DNA of 64,000 nt from a virus, in the IMG/VR virus record IMGVR_UViG_3300017824_001452; one strand, given 5' to 3'. The position numbers and the translations under genes are program-made. Of this stretch, positions 8,412 to 17,192 are shown piece after piece. The notes beneath the pieces were generated by a model, which ran no database searches, had not been told where the DNA came from, and was given only the letters and a program-made list of their open reading frames with translations. The first letter of the stretch is position 1, and each line of letters opens with the position of its first letter.

Positions 8412-9810
8412 CGTAGAAGTACAAGAATTATTCTTGCGAATGATGATAACAAATGCAGAGTTGTTTGTTAGGGTCAATAATATCTTTAACGCAGAAAACT
8501 TTGATAGAAGATTAAGACCTGTCGCAGAGTTTATGAGAGAACATTCAGAGCAATATAAGGTATTGCCTGACTCTACGCAAATCAAAGCAACAACAGGAGA
8601 AACAATCGACACAGTTGATGAATTAGACGATGGTCATTACGAATGGTTTATGACTGAGTTTGAATCGTTTACTCGCAGACAAGAATTAGAAAGAGCAATC
8701 ATGTCATCAGCAGACTTGTTAGAGAAAGGTGATTATGATCCTGTTGAAAAGTTAATTAAAGATGCAGTACAAATATCATTACAAAGAGACTTAGGTATCG
8801 ATTACTTTGAAGATCCTAGGGCTCGTCTTATGCATCTTAAATCTAGCAACGGTCAAGTATCATGTGGTTGGCCCTGCTTAGATCAAAAACTCTATGGTGG
8901 TTTTAATAAAGGTGAACTGCAAATCTTTGCTGGGGGTTCGGGTTCAGGTAAATCATTGTTCATGCAAAATCTATCAGTCAATTGGGTAGAGCAAGGCTTA
9001 TCAGGCGTGTACATCACACTAGAATTGAGTGAAGAACTATCAGCAATGCGTATCGATTCTATGTTGACTGATACAAAGTCTAAGGAAGTATTTAAAGACT
9101 TAGACAATGTTGAAATGAAAGTTAAGATGAAACAAAAAGCCGCAGGTAACTTTAGAATTAAATATATGCCTGCTCAATCTACAGTAAATGATTTGAGAGC
9201 ATATGTCAAAGAATTACAAATACAAACAGGTATGAAACTAGACTTTATGTGCGTTGACTATTTGGATTTGTTAATGCCAGTAAGTGCTAAAGTAAGTCCT
9301 AGTGACTTGTTTGTTAAAGACAAATATGTATCAGAAGAATTACGTAACTTGGCGAAAGAGTTTGATTTAGTATTCGTAACTGCATCACAGTTAAACAGAA
9401 GTTCAGTTGATGAAATTGAATTTGATCACAGTCATATCTCAGGTGGTATATCAAAAATCAATACAGCAGACAATGTGTTTGGTATCTTTACATCACGTAG
9501 CATGAGAGAACGTGGTCAGTATCAAATTCAGTTAATGAAGACAAGATCAAGTTCAGGGGTAGGACAAAAAGTAGAATTAGCATTCGATATAGAAACATTG
9601 CGTATTACAGACCCAGGAACTAATGCACCAACGCATAACACATCACAACCATCTGCACAATCTATCATGGATAAGTTTAAAACAACATCACAAGTAGGGC
9701 AGACTAATGAAATAGTAGAAAATCAAGTAGAGCCCGAGCAAAAACGAGTAAATGGTGATGTACAAAGTACAAAATTAAAATCATTATTGAATACTTTGAA
9801 AGACAAATAA
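8395..9810 (+). CDS. replicative DNA helicase (gp41/DnaB family)
   Basis: GGSGSGKS, YITLEL, VDYLDL, TASQLNR, MKTR motifs. Confidence 0.92.
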   Translation: MLKEFNVEVQELFLRMMITNAELFVRVNNIFNAENFDRRLRPVAEFMREHSEQYKVLPDSTQIKATTGETIDTVDELDDGHYEWFMTEFESFTRRQELERAIMSSADLLEKGDYDPVEKLIKDAVQISLQRDLGIDYFEDPRARLMHLKSSNGQVSCGWPCLDQKLYGGFNKGELQIFAGGSGSGKSLFMQNLSVNWVEQGLSGVYITLELSEELSAMRIDSMLTDTKSKEVFKDLDNVEMKVKMKQKAAGNFRIKYMPAQSTVNDLRAYVKELQIQTGMKLDFMCVDYLDLLMPVSAKVSPSDLFVKDKYVSEELRNLAKEFDLVFVTASQLNRSSVDEIEFDHSHISGGISKINTADNVFGIFTSRSMRERGQYQIQLMKTRSSSGVGQKVELAFDIETLRITDPGTNAPTHNTSQPSAQSIMDKFKTTSQVGQTNEIVENQVEPEQKRVNGDVQSTKLKSLLNTLKDK

Positions 9811-9833
9811 TATCCAAAATGGTCACGATTGAC

Positions 9834-9839
9834 TAAATA
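9834..9839 (+). promoter_or_regulatory. late promoter
   Basis: TAAATA-GTAGT-A then AAGGA RBS. Confidence 0.6.
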
Positions 9840-9858
9840 GTAGTAAGGAATTATACTT

Positions 9859-10101
9859 ATGCAGAAAAAAACTAAAAGCCTTTTAGAAGAACTAGAAAAT
9901 TTTGGTAGCAACCGAGATATCCCACATATTGTAGAGTCTCGTGGCAACAATATTATTACTAGTGCGGTCAATTTAATTGAATTCATTCAACGTAATTACG
10001 ATGATGTTCAGGCTGAACAGTTAGAAAAGAAACTGCTAAGTGCTATCCGAGGTAGAGACAAAACTCGTTTTTCAAAGACGATTAAAAAGTATCAAGGGTA
10101 A
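9859..10101 (+). CDS. hypothetical late protein
   Basis: 80-aa ORF after late promoter and RBS. Confidence 0.75.
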   Translation: MQKKTKSLLEELENFGSNRDIPHIVESRGNNIITSAVNLIEFIQRNYDDVQAEQLEKKLLSAIRGRDKTRFSKTIKKYQG

Positions 10102-10107
10102 GTATCA

Positions 10108-11349
10108 ATGAAGTTTGATGAAGTCATTATCAAAGAAAATAAATTAGGCGACTGGATGTTTGGAGACAAACGATACCGCGGTCAGGGCGGCATGGGCGGT
10201 ACAGGAGGCCCTACAGTAAAAGCACCTAGTTTAGGACTTAAAGGTGGACTAACAAAACAAGATAAATTAGCATACAAATTATTTGTAAGAGACTTTGTTA
10301 GTGATGCATTGAGTACAATCGATTCAGGTCTTAGAGCAGGATTAATTAATCCGCCTTTAGGTCCAGGATCAGTCACTGGTGATGATCCAAATAATCCAGA
10401 CTCTCAAGGAAATATGGATCCGGACAACAAACAACGTTTAATGCCTGGCTTCCAAGAAAAAATGAGAAGAATGTTTAATCCTAAAATGAAAGGACATGAA
10501 AAGTACGGTGAGTACAAACCTGATACATCAGATTTCGGTAAAGAAACAGACGGCTTTAACAAGCCTAAAGTACCTACTAAACGTAAAATGAAATGGCAAC
10601 AACACAGTATCAAAGATTTAATTGATAAAGGTTTGACTACACAAGAAATTAGGAGAGCATACCCTGGTTGGAACGGTAATCTTAATGAGTGGGTTAAATT
10701 TGTCGAAATGAATATGATCTTAGAAAGTATCATAGACGAACAAGCACATGAAACAGATGTAGAAGCCGCAGGTGGTAGACTACTTAGTGTTTTTATGAAA
10801 GACTGGTTTGGTCAGTGGATGCAAAATGTTGATTATACCAAAAGTAAAGATGTATTATATCAAATCATTGATAACTTAGAACATGTGTATAACAATTCAA
10901 AGAATCCATCTAAGCCAAACATTGATAGAGATATTTTAACTCAGTTAGCCGACGGTGCTTGGGCGGCAACTTCTACAGTAGGTGTTACACCCGTAGGAGC
11001 AAAGAATGCACAAGGTGCAGAAGTAATACAAAAATCAGTACAAGCCCAAGGTGCAAAAGAACCTGAATTAAAATCAAAAGAAACACCAATGAAGCCCGTA
11101 CAGATACCTGCAGGCATAGCAATTAAAGATGCAGGCGGAACAGAATATTTTTATAACGGAGAACAGTGGACTGATTCTAGTGGTAATGCGTTGTCAGCAG
11201 AAGAACAGCAAAAGTATTCAAAAATGTATGCGATGGATCCTAAAACCTTCTATAAAACAGAACTTGCACCACAAAAGAAATCTGTTAAAGAATCTAAAAC
11301 TCAATCAGCAATTAGAGCAGAAAAAATACCATCACTGAAAACGAGGTAA
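10108..11349 (+). CDS. putative internal head protein
   Basis: N-terminal MKFDEVIIKE resembles T4 capsid-targeting/pro-sequences; further hydrophobic-x-E sites. Confidence 0.55.
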   Translation: MKFDEVIIKENKLGDWMFGDKRYRGQGGMGGTGGPTVKAPSLGLKGGLTKQDKLAYKLFVRDFVSDALSTIDSGLRAGLINPPLGPGSVTGDDPNNPDSQGNMDPDNKQRLMPGFQEKMRRMFNPKMKGHEKYGEYKPDTSDFGKETDGFNKPKVPTKRKMKWQQHSIKDLIDKGLTTQEIRRAYPGWNGNLNEWVKFVEMNMILESIIDEQAHETDVEAAGGRLLSVFMKDWFGQWMQNVDYTKSKDVLYQIIDNLEHVYNNSKNPSKPNIDRDILTQLADGAWAATSTVGVTPVGAKNAQGAEVIQKSVQAQGAKEPELKSKETPMKPVQIPAGIAIKDAGGTEYFYNGEQWTDSSGNALSAEEQQKYSKMYAMDPKTFYKTELAPQKKSVKESKTQSAIRAEKIPSLKTR

Positions 11350-11351
11350 CA

Positions 11352-12500
11352 ATGAACCTCAGTGAATCATTATCTAATACTTTACGTACATTAGAAAAAA
11401 TCAACTTAGTCGAAGCAAAGGGACACTTAGATCACCCAGAAGATTTAGTGTTCTTAGGCGATGTTGAGGGTGCTAGACAAGCAATTAGTGCAATAGAACA
11501 AACAATCGCACAACCGGGTACAATCACAATTAAGTGGGACGGCTATCCCGCTCTTATCTTTGGACGTAATAAAGAAGGTAGATTCTCTATTATGGACAAA
11601 CATATGTTCAATAAGAAAGACGGTACAGGAAGACAAGTGTTTTCTCCCCAAGAGTTTAGACAGTATGATAAGAATAGAGGTGTTGATCGAGGAGACTTGT
11701 ATCAGTTGATTGATGATATATGGCCTGGATTAGAAAAAGCAGATAGAGGATCATTAGGTTATTATTGGGGAGACTTATTGTTTGCAAAACCATTAGAAGA
11801 CCAAGACGGATACTACTCATTTAAAATGAATCCAAATGGTATTGCATACAAAGTAAAAGCAGATAGTGAAGTTGGTCACATGCTAAAAGGAAAAACAGCA
11901 GGAGTAGGTGTGCATACATTTATTCCAGTTAACGCACAAACTACAGATGAGTCATCATCACTAGACGGTACGATAGGTAACTTACATAACAATAGTGATG
12001 TAGCAATTGTACCTAGCAAGATGCCCATTACACCAAAGATTAAAATGCCCACGAAATTGAAATCACAAGCAGAAGCAGAAATTGCTCAACACGGTGATGC
12101 TGTTCGTATCTTAATGAATTCAGCGCCACAGGCACGTACTGCATTTAATTCTTTGTTTACTGTATTCATTAATAAAAAGATTGTTGCCAAAGACCTGTCA
12201 AATTTGTATAATGATTTTATTCAGTTTGTTGAGCAACGTCCAATGACTGACTCAATGCGTACTAAAATTACTAATCACTTCAATGCTCACAAGGACGGTG
12301 TTATGGGTGCATTTAAGATTTGGATTGCATTGTATAATCTAAAACAGAACATCGTAGATCAATTAGACAAAGCCGCAGAGGCTAGTCCTGTTAAAGGATA
12401 CTTAGATGATGGCAGTGAAACACACGAAGGTTTCGTTGCTAATGGACTCAAGTTTGTCAATAGAATGGGCTTTTCTGCTCAAAATCTCGCCGCAAAGTAA
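11352..12500 (+). CDS. ligase-like nucleotidyltransferase (DUF6267-like), putatively virion-packaged
   Basis: HLDHPED, KWDG (ligase motif I KxDG), GDLLF, HEGFV, LKFVNR; N-terminal pro-segment ending LVE. Confidence 0.6.
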   Translation: MNLSESLSNTLRTLEKINLVEAKGHLDHPEDLVFLGDVEGARQAISAIEQTIAQPGTITIKWDGYPALIFGRNKEGRFSIMDKHMFNKKDGTGRQVFSPQEFRQYDKNRGVDRGDLYQLIDDIWPGLEKADRGSLGYYWGDLLFAKPLEDQDGYYSFKMNPNGIAYKVKADSEVGHMLKGKTAGVGVHTFIPVNAQTTDESSSLDGTIGNLHNNSDVAIVPSKMPITPKIKMPTKLKSQAEAEIAQHGDAVRILMNSAPQARTAFNSLFTVFINKKIVAKDLSNLYNDFIQFVEQRPMTDSMRTKITNHFNAHKDGVMGAFKIWIALYNLKQNIVDQLDKAAEASPVKGYLDDGSETHEGFVANGLKFVNRMGFSAQNLAAK

Positions 12501-12530
12501 TAATATCACCGCATTTTTTCATAATCGGAA

Positions 12531-12536
12531 TAAATA
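12531..12536 (+). promoter_or_regulatory. late promoter with structured leader
   Basis: TAAATA-ATAGT-ATG followed by two small hairpins. Confidence 0.7.
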
Positions 12537-12611
12537 ATAGTATGAACCTCACGGTGAGGGACAACAAACTATACAGGCTCGGAACGAGTCTTTAAATTAA
12601 GGAAAAGAAAA

Positions 12612-12983
12612 ATGGCACAATTTACAAGAGCAAATGGTGACTTTTATCCAGTATTACGTTTAGACGCAACTGGATATTCAAACCCGGGTGTTAACGCAGT
12701 TTCAAGCGGTTCAACAGTTCAGCCTCAAGGGCCGAAGTTAGACTTCTTCAACATTGAGTTAGCAGACATCGCGGCAAACACAACTTTAGCAAACATCGCA
12801 ATGTTAACAATTCAGCAGAAAGCAATTGTTTACATTTACGAGTTCACTAACGATGCAACTGATGATCTTTCAATCGCAGTATATCCTACTGGCGCTTGGG
12901 ACGCAACTACTTTAGCATCTGCTATCGATACAGCAACTGGTGGAACATCAACAGTTGTAGCATCAGCAACATTCACTAACTAA
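12612..12983 (+). CDS. small virion structural protein
   Basis: Own late promoter, strong RBS (TAAGGA) and terminator; Ala/Thr-rich. Confidence 0.65.
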   Translation: MAQFTRANGDFYPVLRLDATGYSNPGVNAVSSGSTVQPQGPKLDFFNIELADIAANTTLANIAMLTIQQKAIVYIYEFTNDATDDLSIAVYPTGAWDATTLASAIDTATGGTSTVVASATFTN

Positions 12984-13001
12984 GTTTTTAGTTAAAGAAT
13001 T

Positions 13002-13032
13002 AAAAAGCCTCTTTTATTAGAGGCTTTTTTTT
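13002..13032 (+). terminator. intrinsic terminator
   Basis: AAAAAGCCTCT-TTTATT-AGAGGCTTTTT plus T-run. Confidence 0.85.
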
Positions 13033-13038
13033 GGCTAC

Positions 13039-13044
13039 TAAATA
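13039..13044 (+). promoter_or_regulatory. late promoter, leaderless
   Basis: TAAATA-CAACT-ATG. Confidence 0.75.
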
Positions 13045-13049
13045 CAACT

Positions 13050-13490
13050 ATGAAAACCATAACTTGCTTCACATTGTTTGACATTACTCATACTAATGTT
13101 CTCAACAGATCAAAGCCTGTTGGGGACAACCATACGTTATGGCAAGTTCAAAGAAATTCACAAGCAAACTTTGATACTATATTGCAATGCATAAGTTTGC
13201 GAGGCAACCCAGAAATATTACATTATCCTCATCGTATAGAGGACAACACAGAAAATTCTTCATTTGGATTTTTAATAGACAAAAGCATACAAGATTTTCA
13301 TTATTGGAAATTTGATTTTAAAGTACAAAACAATTCGGTGTTTGATGATGACATAGGACCTTTAGGCTTTCTTGTAAAAGACTGCCATGAAATACCTATG
13401 ATTAAATGCGGTACAGAAAGTGTAGACTTACCTGACTTTTTAGATACTACACCTGAATTGAATAATATATACTTTATGGAGAACGTATGA
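13050..13490 (+). CDS. hypothetical late protein
   Basis: 146-aa ORF directly after late promoter. Confidence 0.75.
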   Translation: MKTITCFTLFDITHTNVLNRSKPVGDNHTLWQVQRNSQANFDTILQCISLRGNPEILHYPHRIEDNTENSSFGFLIDKSIQDFHYWKFDFKVQNNSVFDDDIGPLGFLVKDCHEIPMIKCGTESVDLPDFLDTTPELNNIYFMENV

Positions 13491-14047
13491 AAAAGAAGAT
13501 AAATGCAGAAGAAACTCGCAACAAAATTAAACAGATGTTTAAAGGAGAACTAATTAGAGAATTAAAAAATCTTTATATTAGTAACGACAGGTCTGGTATC
13601 AAAGCCTTTGGCAAATACAGAATACGAAAAGATCAAGGCAGTCACTTGTACAAAGTATCATGCAATGATTGGGAAGAATCATATGAATTTATAAATGCAA
13701 GAAATGCAATGGCATACTGCGTATTTTCTCACAATCGTAATACTGAAAGGGCAAAAGAAGTTTATAGCCTAGATGGCAAAATGGCATCCATCAATTTAGA
13801 CATTGCAGTTCATACTAGAGGTTACAAAAGTACAACAAAGGATTTAGATCATAGATTAATACAGTTAACTAAATTACAGGATGATTTAGGTCGCAAGAAA
13901 CAAATTGTGTATAACTTAGAAAGACTAATAAATACATCTAAAGAACAACAACGTAGAATTTTTGAGGAACACAAAAAAAATCGGTTTAAAAAACCCAGAA
14001 ATTCTACGGAACAAGATAAATACAATATATCTACGACAGATTACTAG
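13487..14047 (+). CDS. hypothetical protein
   Basis: 186-aa basic ORF, ATGA overlap, GGAG RBS. Confidence 0.7.
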   Translation: MKKKINAEETRNKIKQMFKGELIRELKNLYISNDRSGIKAFGKYRIRKDQGSHLYKVSCNDWEESYEFINARNAMAYCVFSHNRNTERAKEVYSLDGKMASINLDIAVHTRGYKSTTKDLDHRLIQLTKLQDDLGRKKQIVYNLERLINTSKEQQRRIFEEHKKNRFKKPRNSTEQDKYNISTTDY

Positions 14048-14056
14048 GAATTTAAT

Positions 14057-14794
14057 ATGAAACTTAATGATTTAAACACACAAGAAGTTGCAGTCAAGGC
14101 TTTGAAAGAAAACTTTGAAGTTGATTTTAACGTCAAGGGCTTGAACAAAATCCAGACTCAAACTATGCATAATAAAGTAAAGGGTTTAATTGCTGAAGCA
14201 AAAGAATCTCAGAACTTTGGTGCTGAATATCCAGCATATATGAAGTTAGTGTTTGTAGAGCAGGCTCTCAGAGAGCATTACAAAATTGCTCCTGAAGCAC
14301 CTAGAACTAAAATCATTACAGAAAATGAAGAAGTTAATAGATCACAAGTAATCTTAGCCGCACAAGACATGGTTGATTCTGTACAGAAAATGTTAGAAGA
14401 AGTTTCAGATATGTTAGTCAAAGAAATGCCTGCATTAGTAGATTCTGTGCAAACAGAAATCGGTGTTAACGAAGCACAAGCATTTGATCAAACAGCAGGA
14501 CAAGGTCTTGCAGAATTAAATCAGTGTTTAGTATCTGTTAAAGGTCAACTTGATCAAGCATTAGCAGGTATTACAGGTGGAAATGTTGTAGATGCATTTG
14601 ACGGTGACGTAGACTCAGGTTTAGGTGACGGAGAAGTTGGTGTTGACAGTATGGATGTTTCTGATCCTGTAATGAACGTAACAGGTGATGAAGGAACTGA
14701 CGTAGTAGACGTTAATGCTCCAGAAGTCGTCGGCGATGTCGAAGACGTAAACGTAGACGTATCAACAGGACCAGTCGGTAGAGCAAAAAGGTAA
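14057..14794 (+). CDS. putative head/core (scaffold-like) protein
   Basis: Late promoter at 14017-14022; helical N-half, acidic tail; IAE/ITE-type sites. Confidence 0.5.
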   Translation: MKLNDLNTQEVAVKALKENFEVDFNVKGLNKIQTQTMHNKVKGLIAEAKESQNFGAEYPAYMKLVFVEQALREHYKIAPEAPRTKIITENEEVNRSQVILAAQDMVDSVQKMLEEVSDMLVKEMPALVDSVQTEIGVNEAQAFDQTAGQGLAELNQCLVSVKGQLDQALAGITGGNVVDAFDGDVDSGLGDGEVGVDSMDVSDPVMNVTGDEGTDVVDVNAPEVVGDVEDVNVDVSTGPVGRAKR

Positions 14795-14799
14795 AGCAC

Positions 14800-15171
14800 A
14801 TGAGGCTTTACGAGTTTGTTGATGCTCAGGATAGCAACGCAATGGCAGCCAGTATCGTGGCTGTTTCCAATCAACTAAAACAACATGTAGAAGATGGGTC
14901 CATTGATCCTGATAACTTTACAGTTGATCAACTGCTAGACACATTCCAAGACAATGACATTATACTTGACGTACAAGACTTGTACAAAATGATGGAAAAG
15001 CCTCTTTTAAAAAGTGTCATTTCAAATATTCAGGGAGATAAAGTAGTATTCAAAGGACACGAACCTGTTAACATTGAACCTGGAAAAGACAAAGAATCTG
15101 ATAGTGAAAAAACCGTTGATAAAATGGCAAAGTCTGCTATGAAAAAAGATCGCGGCGCCTTTAAAATATAA
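14800..15171 (+). CDS. putative internal head protein
   Basis: MRLYEF N-terminus; late operon. Confidence 0.5.
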   Translation: MRLYEFVDAQDSNAMAASIVAVSNQLKQHVEDGSIDPDNFTVDQLLDTFQDNDIILDVQDLYKMMEKPLLKSVISNIQGDKVVFKGHEPVNIEPGKDKESDSEKTVDKMAKSAMKKDRGAFKI

Positions 15172-15182
15172 ACCCAATCCAC

Positions 15183-15232
15183 TTTACACGTAATATAAAT
15201 TACTTTATAATAACATATTGAGGTGTTAAATA
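15183..15232 (+). promoter_or_regulatory. tandem sigma70 (TTTACA-N17-TATAAT) and late (TAAATA) promoters for iscA
   Basis: 15183-15211 and 15227-15232; late motif is 5 nt before ATG 15238. Confidence 0.65.
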
Positions 15233-15237
15233 CAAGT

Positions 15238-15555
15238 ATGGAAGTTACAGACATTGCAAAAGATAAAATTAAAGCCCATTTAGAAAAACGCGGCAAAGGC
15301 GTTGGTATTCGTATAGGCATAGAAACTACAGGGTGTAGTGGATATGCTTACAAACTTGAATATGCAGATAATATTAACGAAGAAGATATTATCAATGAAT
15401 ATGATGGGTTTTCAATATTAATTGATCCTAAGGCTAACACTATACTTGAAGGAATCACAGTAGACTATCAAAAACAAGGATTAAATGAAGGTTTTGAATT
15501 TATTAATCCGTTAGAAAAGGCACGTTGTGGTTGTGGAGAGAGTTTTACGATTTGA
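15238..15555 (+). CDS. iscA: A-type Fe-S carrier protein IscA
   Basis: RGKGVGIRIG..TTGCSG.AY and CGCGESF motifs. Confidence 0.93.
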   Translation: MEVTDIAKDKIKAHLEKRGKGVGIRIGIETTGCSGYAYKLEYADNINEEDIINEYDGFSILIDPKANTILEGITVDYQKQGLNEGFEFINPLEKARCGCGESFTI

Positions 15556-16439
15556 ATTTAAAAATATCACACTTAGTCGTTAACGGCTGTAGTTATACAT
15601 ATGGACACGGAATAGCAGATCCAATCAATGATTGTTGGGCTTCTATCATTGCAAAACGTTTAGGAGTTCCGCTAGTTAATCTTGCTCTACCCGGACAGGG
15701 AAATCAAGCAGTCTTTCGTAGAACGATGCAATACTTTTACAAAGACCTTTTGCATGACAACAATCCTTTCTATATACATGCATATACTCAATCATCACGT
15801 AGAGAATGTTACTTGGCAGATGCCTATGCCGGCGCGCCTCCCCATCATTTTCATATTGTTGATGGTTACGGAACTCACTCTCAGTTAGAAAAAGAAATAA
15901 TTTTAAACTCTGATGATCACTATTATTGTTTAATGGAACAAGATAAATTACATCGTTGGACAAGTATTAATAGTTTATTAGATACAAACAATATACCTCA
16001 TCTTATGAGTGATTATATGCCAAATACTTCAGCGGTAGTACAAGATTTTATAGAACGTTACGAGACAATTTTGATAAATGAATTAGAATTACACTCTGGC
16101 AAATTAAGAAATTTTAATGAAGTTACACAAGATTTTGACAAGACGCCTTGTTTACATGAAACAGTAGAAGGACATAAACATCTTGCAGATTATGTTTGGA
16201 AAGAAATAGAAAAACGTTATGATGAAATCGAAGTGATTGACTGCAACCATGCTAAGTTACATGATATACTAATACATACTCCAGAAACGGAAAAAGATGT
16301 ACAATATAACCATACTAATACTATAAATTTTTATCCACTTGAATTTTGTAGAAACGTATATTACTTCCATGAATTAGGATTAGATTATTTAAATAAAAAC
16401 TGGGCAGGCAAACCAGAAACAGATCATATGAGGCCATAA
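15552..16439 (+). CDS. SGNH/GDSL-like hydrolase
   Basis: VNGCSYTYG, NLALPGQGN, C-terminal CLHET..GH; probable TTG start overlapping the iscA stop. Confidence 0.65.
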   Translation: MNLKISHLVVNGCSYTYGHGIADPINDCWASIIAKRLGVPLVNLALPGQGNQAVFRRTMQYFYKDLLHDNNPFYIHAYTQSSRRECYLADAYAGAPPHHFHIVDGYGTHSQLEKEIILNSDDHYYCLMEQDKLHRWTSINSLLDTNNIPHLMSDYMPNTSAVVQDFIERYETILINELELHSGKLRNFNEVTQDFDKTPCLHETVEGHKHLADYVWKEIEKRYDEIEVIDCNHAKLHDILIHTPETEKDVQYNHTNTINFYPLEFCRNVYYFHELGLDYLNKNWAGKPETDHMRP

Positions 16440-17128
16440 TGATAACACAAAAATATCCATACCAAGAACTAAAAAAGAAAAACTTTGATGGTTCACGTAA
16501 ATATCTTACACCAGACGGAGGTAAACTTCCTAGTGTAACGACTATCTTATCTGCTACACAATCTGAAGAAAAGAAAAAATCATTACAAGAATGGCGTAAC
16601 AGAGTTGGACATAAAAAAGCACAAGAGATCACTACTGAAGCCGCAGGACGCGGAACACGTATGCATAAATGGTTAGAAAACTATGTGTTAAGTGACACTG
16701 GAGACATGGGGCAATACGGATCTAATCCATACAGCAAACAAAGTCATATTATGGCACAAGAAATTGTTGACAAAGGTCTAGTAAACTGTGAAGAATTTTG
16801 GGGAACTGAAGTTACATTATACTATCCTGAAATCTATGCAGGTACAACTGACTTAGTTGGTTTGCATAAAGGTGATGAAGCAATCATGGATCACAAGCAA
16901 ACGAATAGACCCAAGAAACGTGAATGGATTGATGATTATTTTATTCAGTTAGCCGCATATGCAGATGCACACAACATCTTATATGGCACAAAGATTAAGA
17001 AAGGTGTCGTGTTTATGTGTAGCAAAGACTATGAATACCAAGAGTTCATCGTAGAAGGCAATGAGTTCGATAAGTATCATCAACAATGGCTAAAGAAGTT
17101 AGAAGAATACTACACTAAGTACATCTGA
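16439..17128 (+). CDS. PD-(D/E)XK exonuclease (Cas4/MGME1-like)
   Basis: PSVTTIL, RGTRMH, AGTTDL, DHKQT, QLAAY. Confidence 0.85.
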   Translation: MITQKYPYQELKKKNFDGSRKYLTPDGGKLPSVTTILSATQSEEKKKSLQEWRNRVGHKKAQEITTEAAGRGTRMHKWLENYVLSDTGDMGQYGSNPYSKQSHIMAQEIVDKGLVNCEEFWGTEVTLYYPEIYAGTTDLVGLHKGDEAIMDHKQTNRPKKREWIDDYFIQLAAYADAHNILYGTKIKKGVVFMCSKDYEYQEFIVEGNEFDKYHQQWLKKLEEYYTKYI

Positions 17129-17158
17129 TAAAATGCCACATTGATTTAAAATCAATGA

Positions 17159-17164
17159 TAAATA
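17159..17164 (+). promoter_or_regulatory. late promoter
   Basis: GATAAATA-AGTAT-A upstream of fibre gene. Confidence 0.7.
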
Positions 17165-17192
17165 AGTATAATCAAAGGAAAAGATTAGACTT

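Noticed and set aside
16439-17128. Cas4 as evidence of CRISPR-Cas
   Set aside because: PD-(D/E)XK nuclease lacking the four-Cys Fe-S motif; no array or other cas genes; common stand-alone phage nuclease
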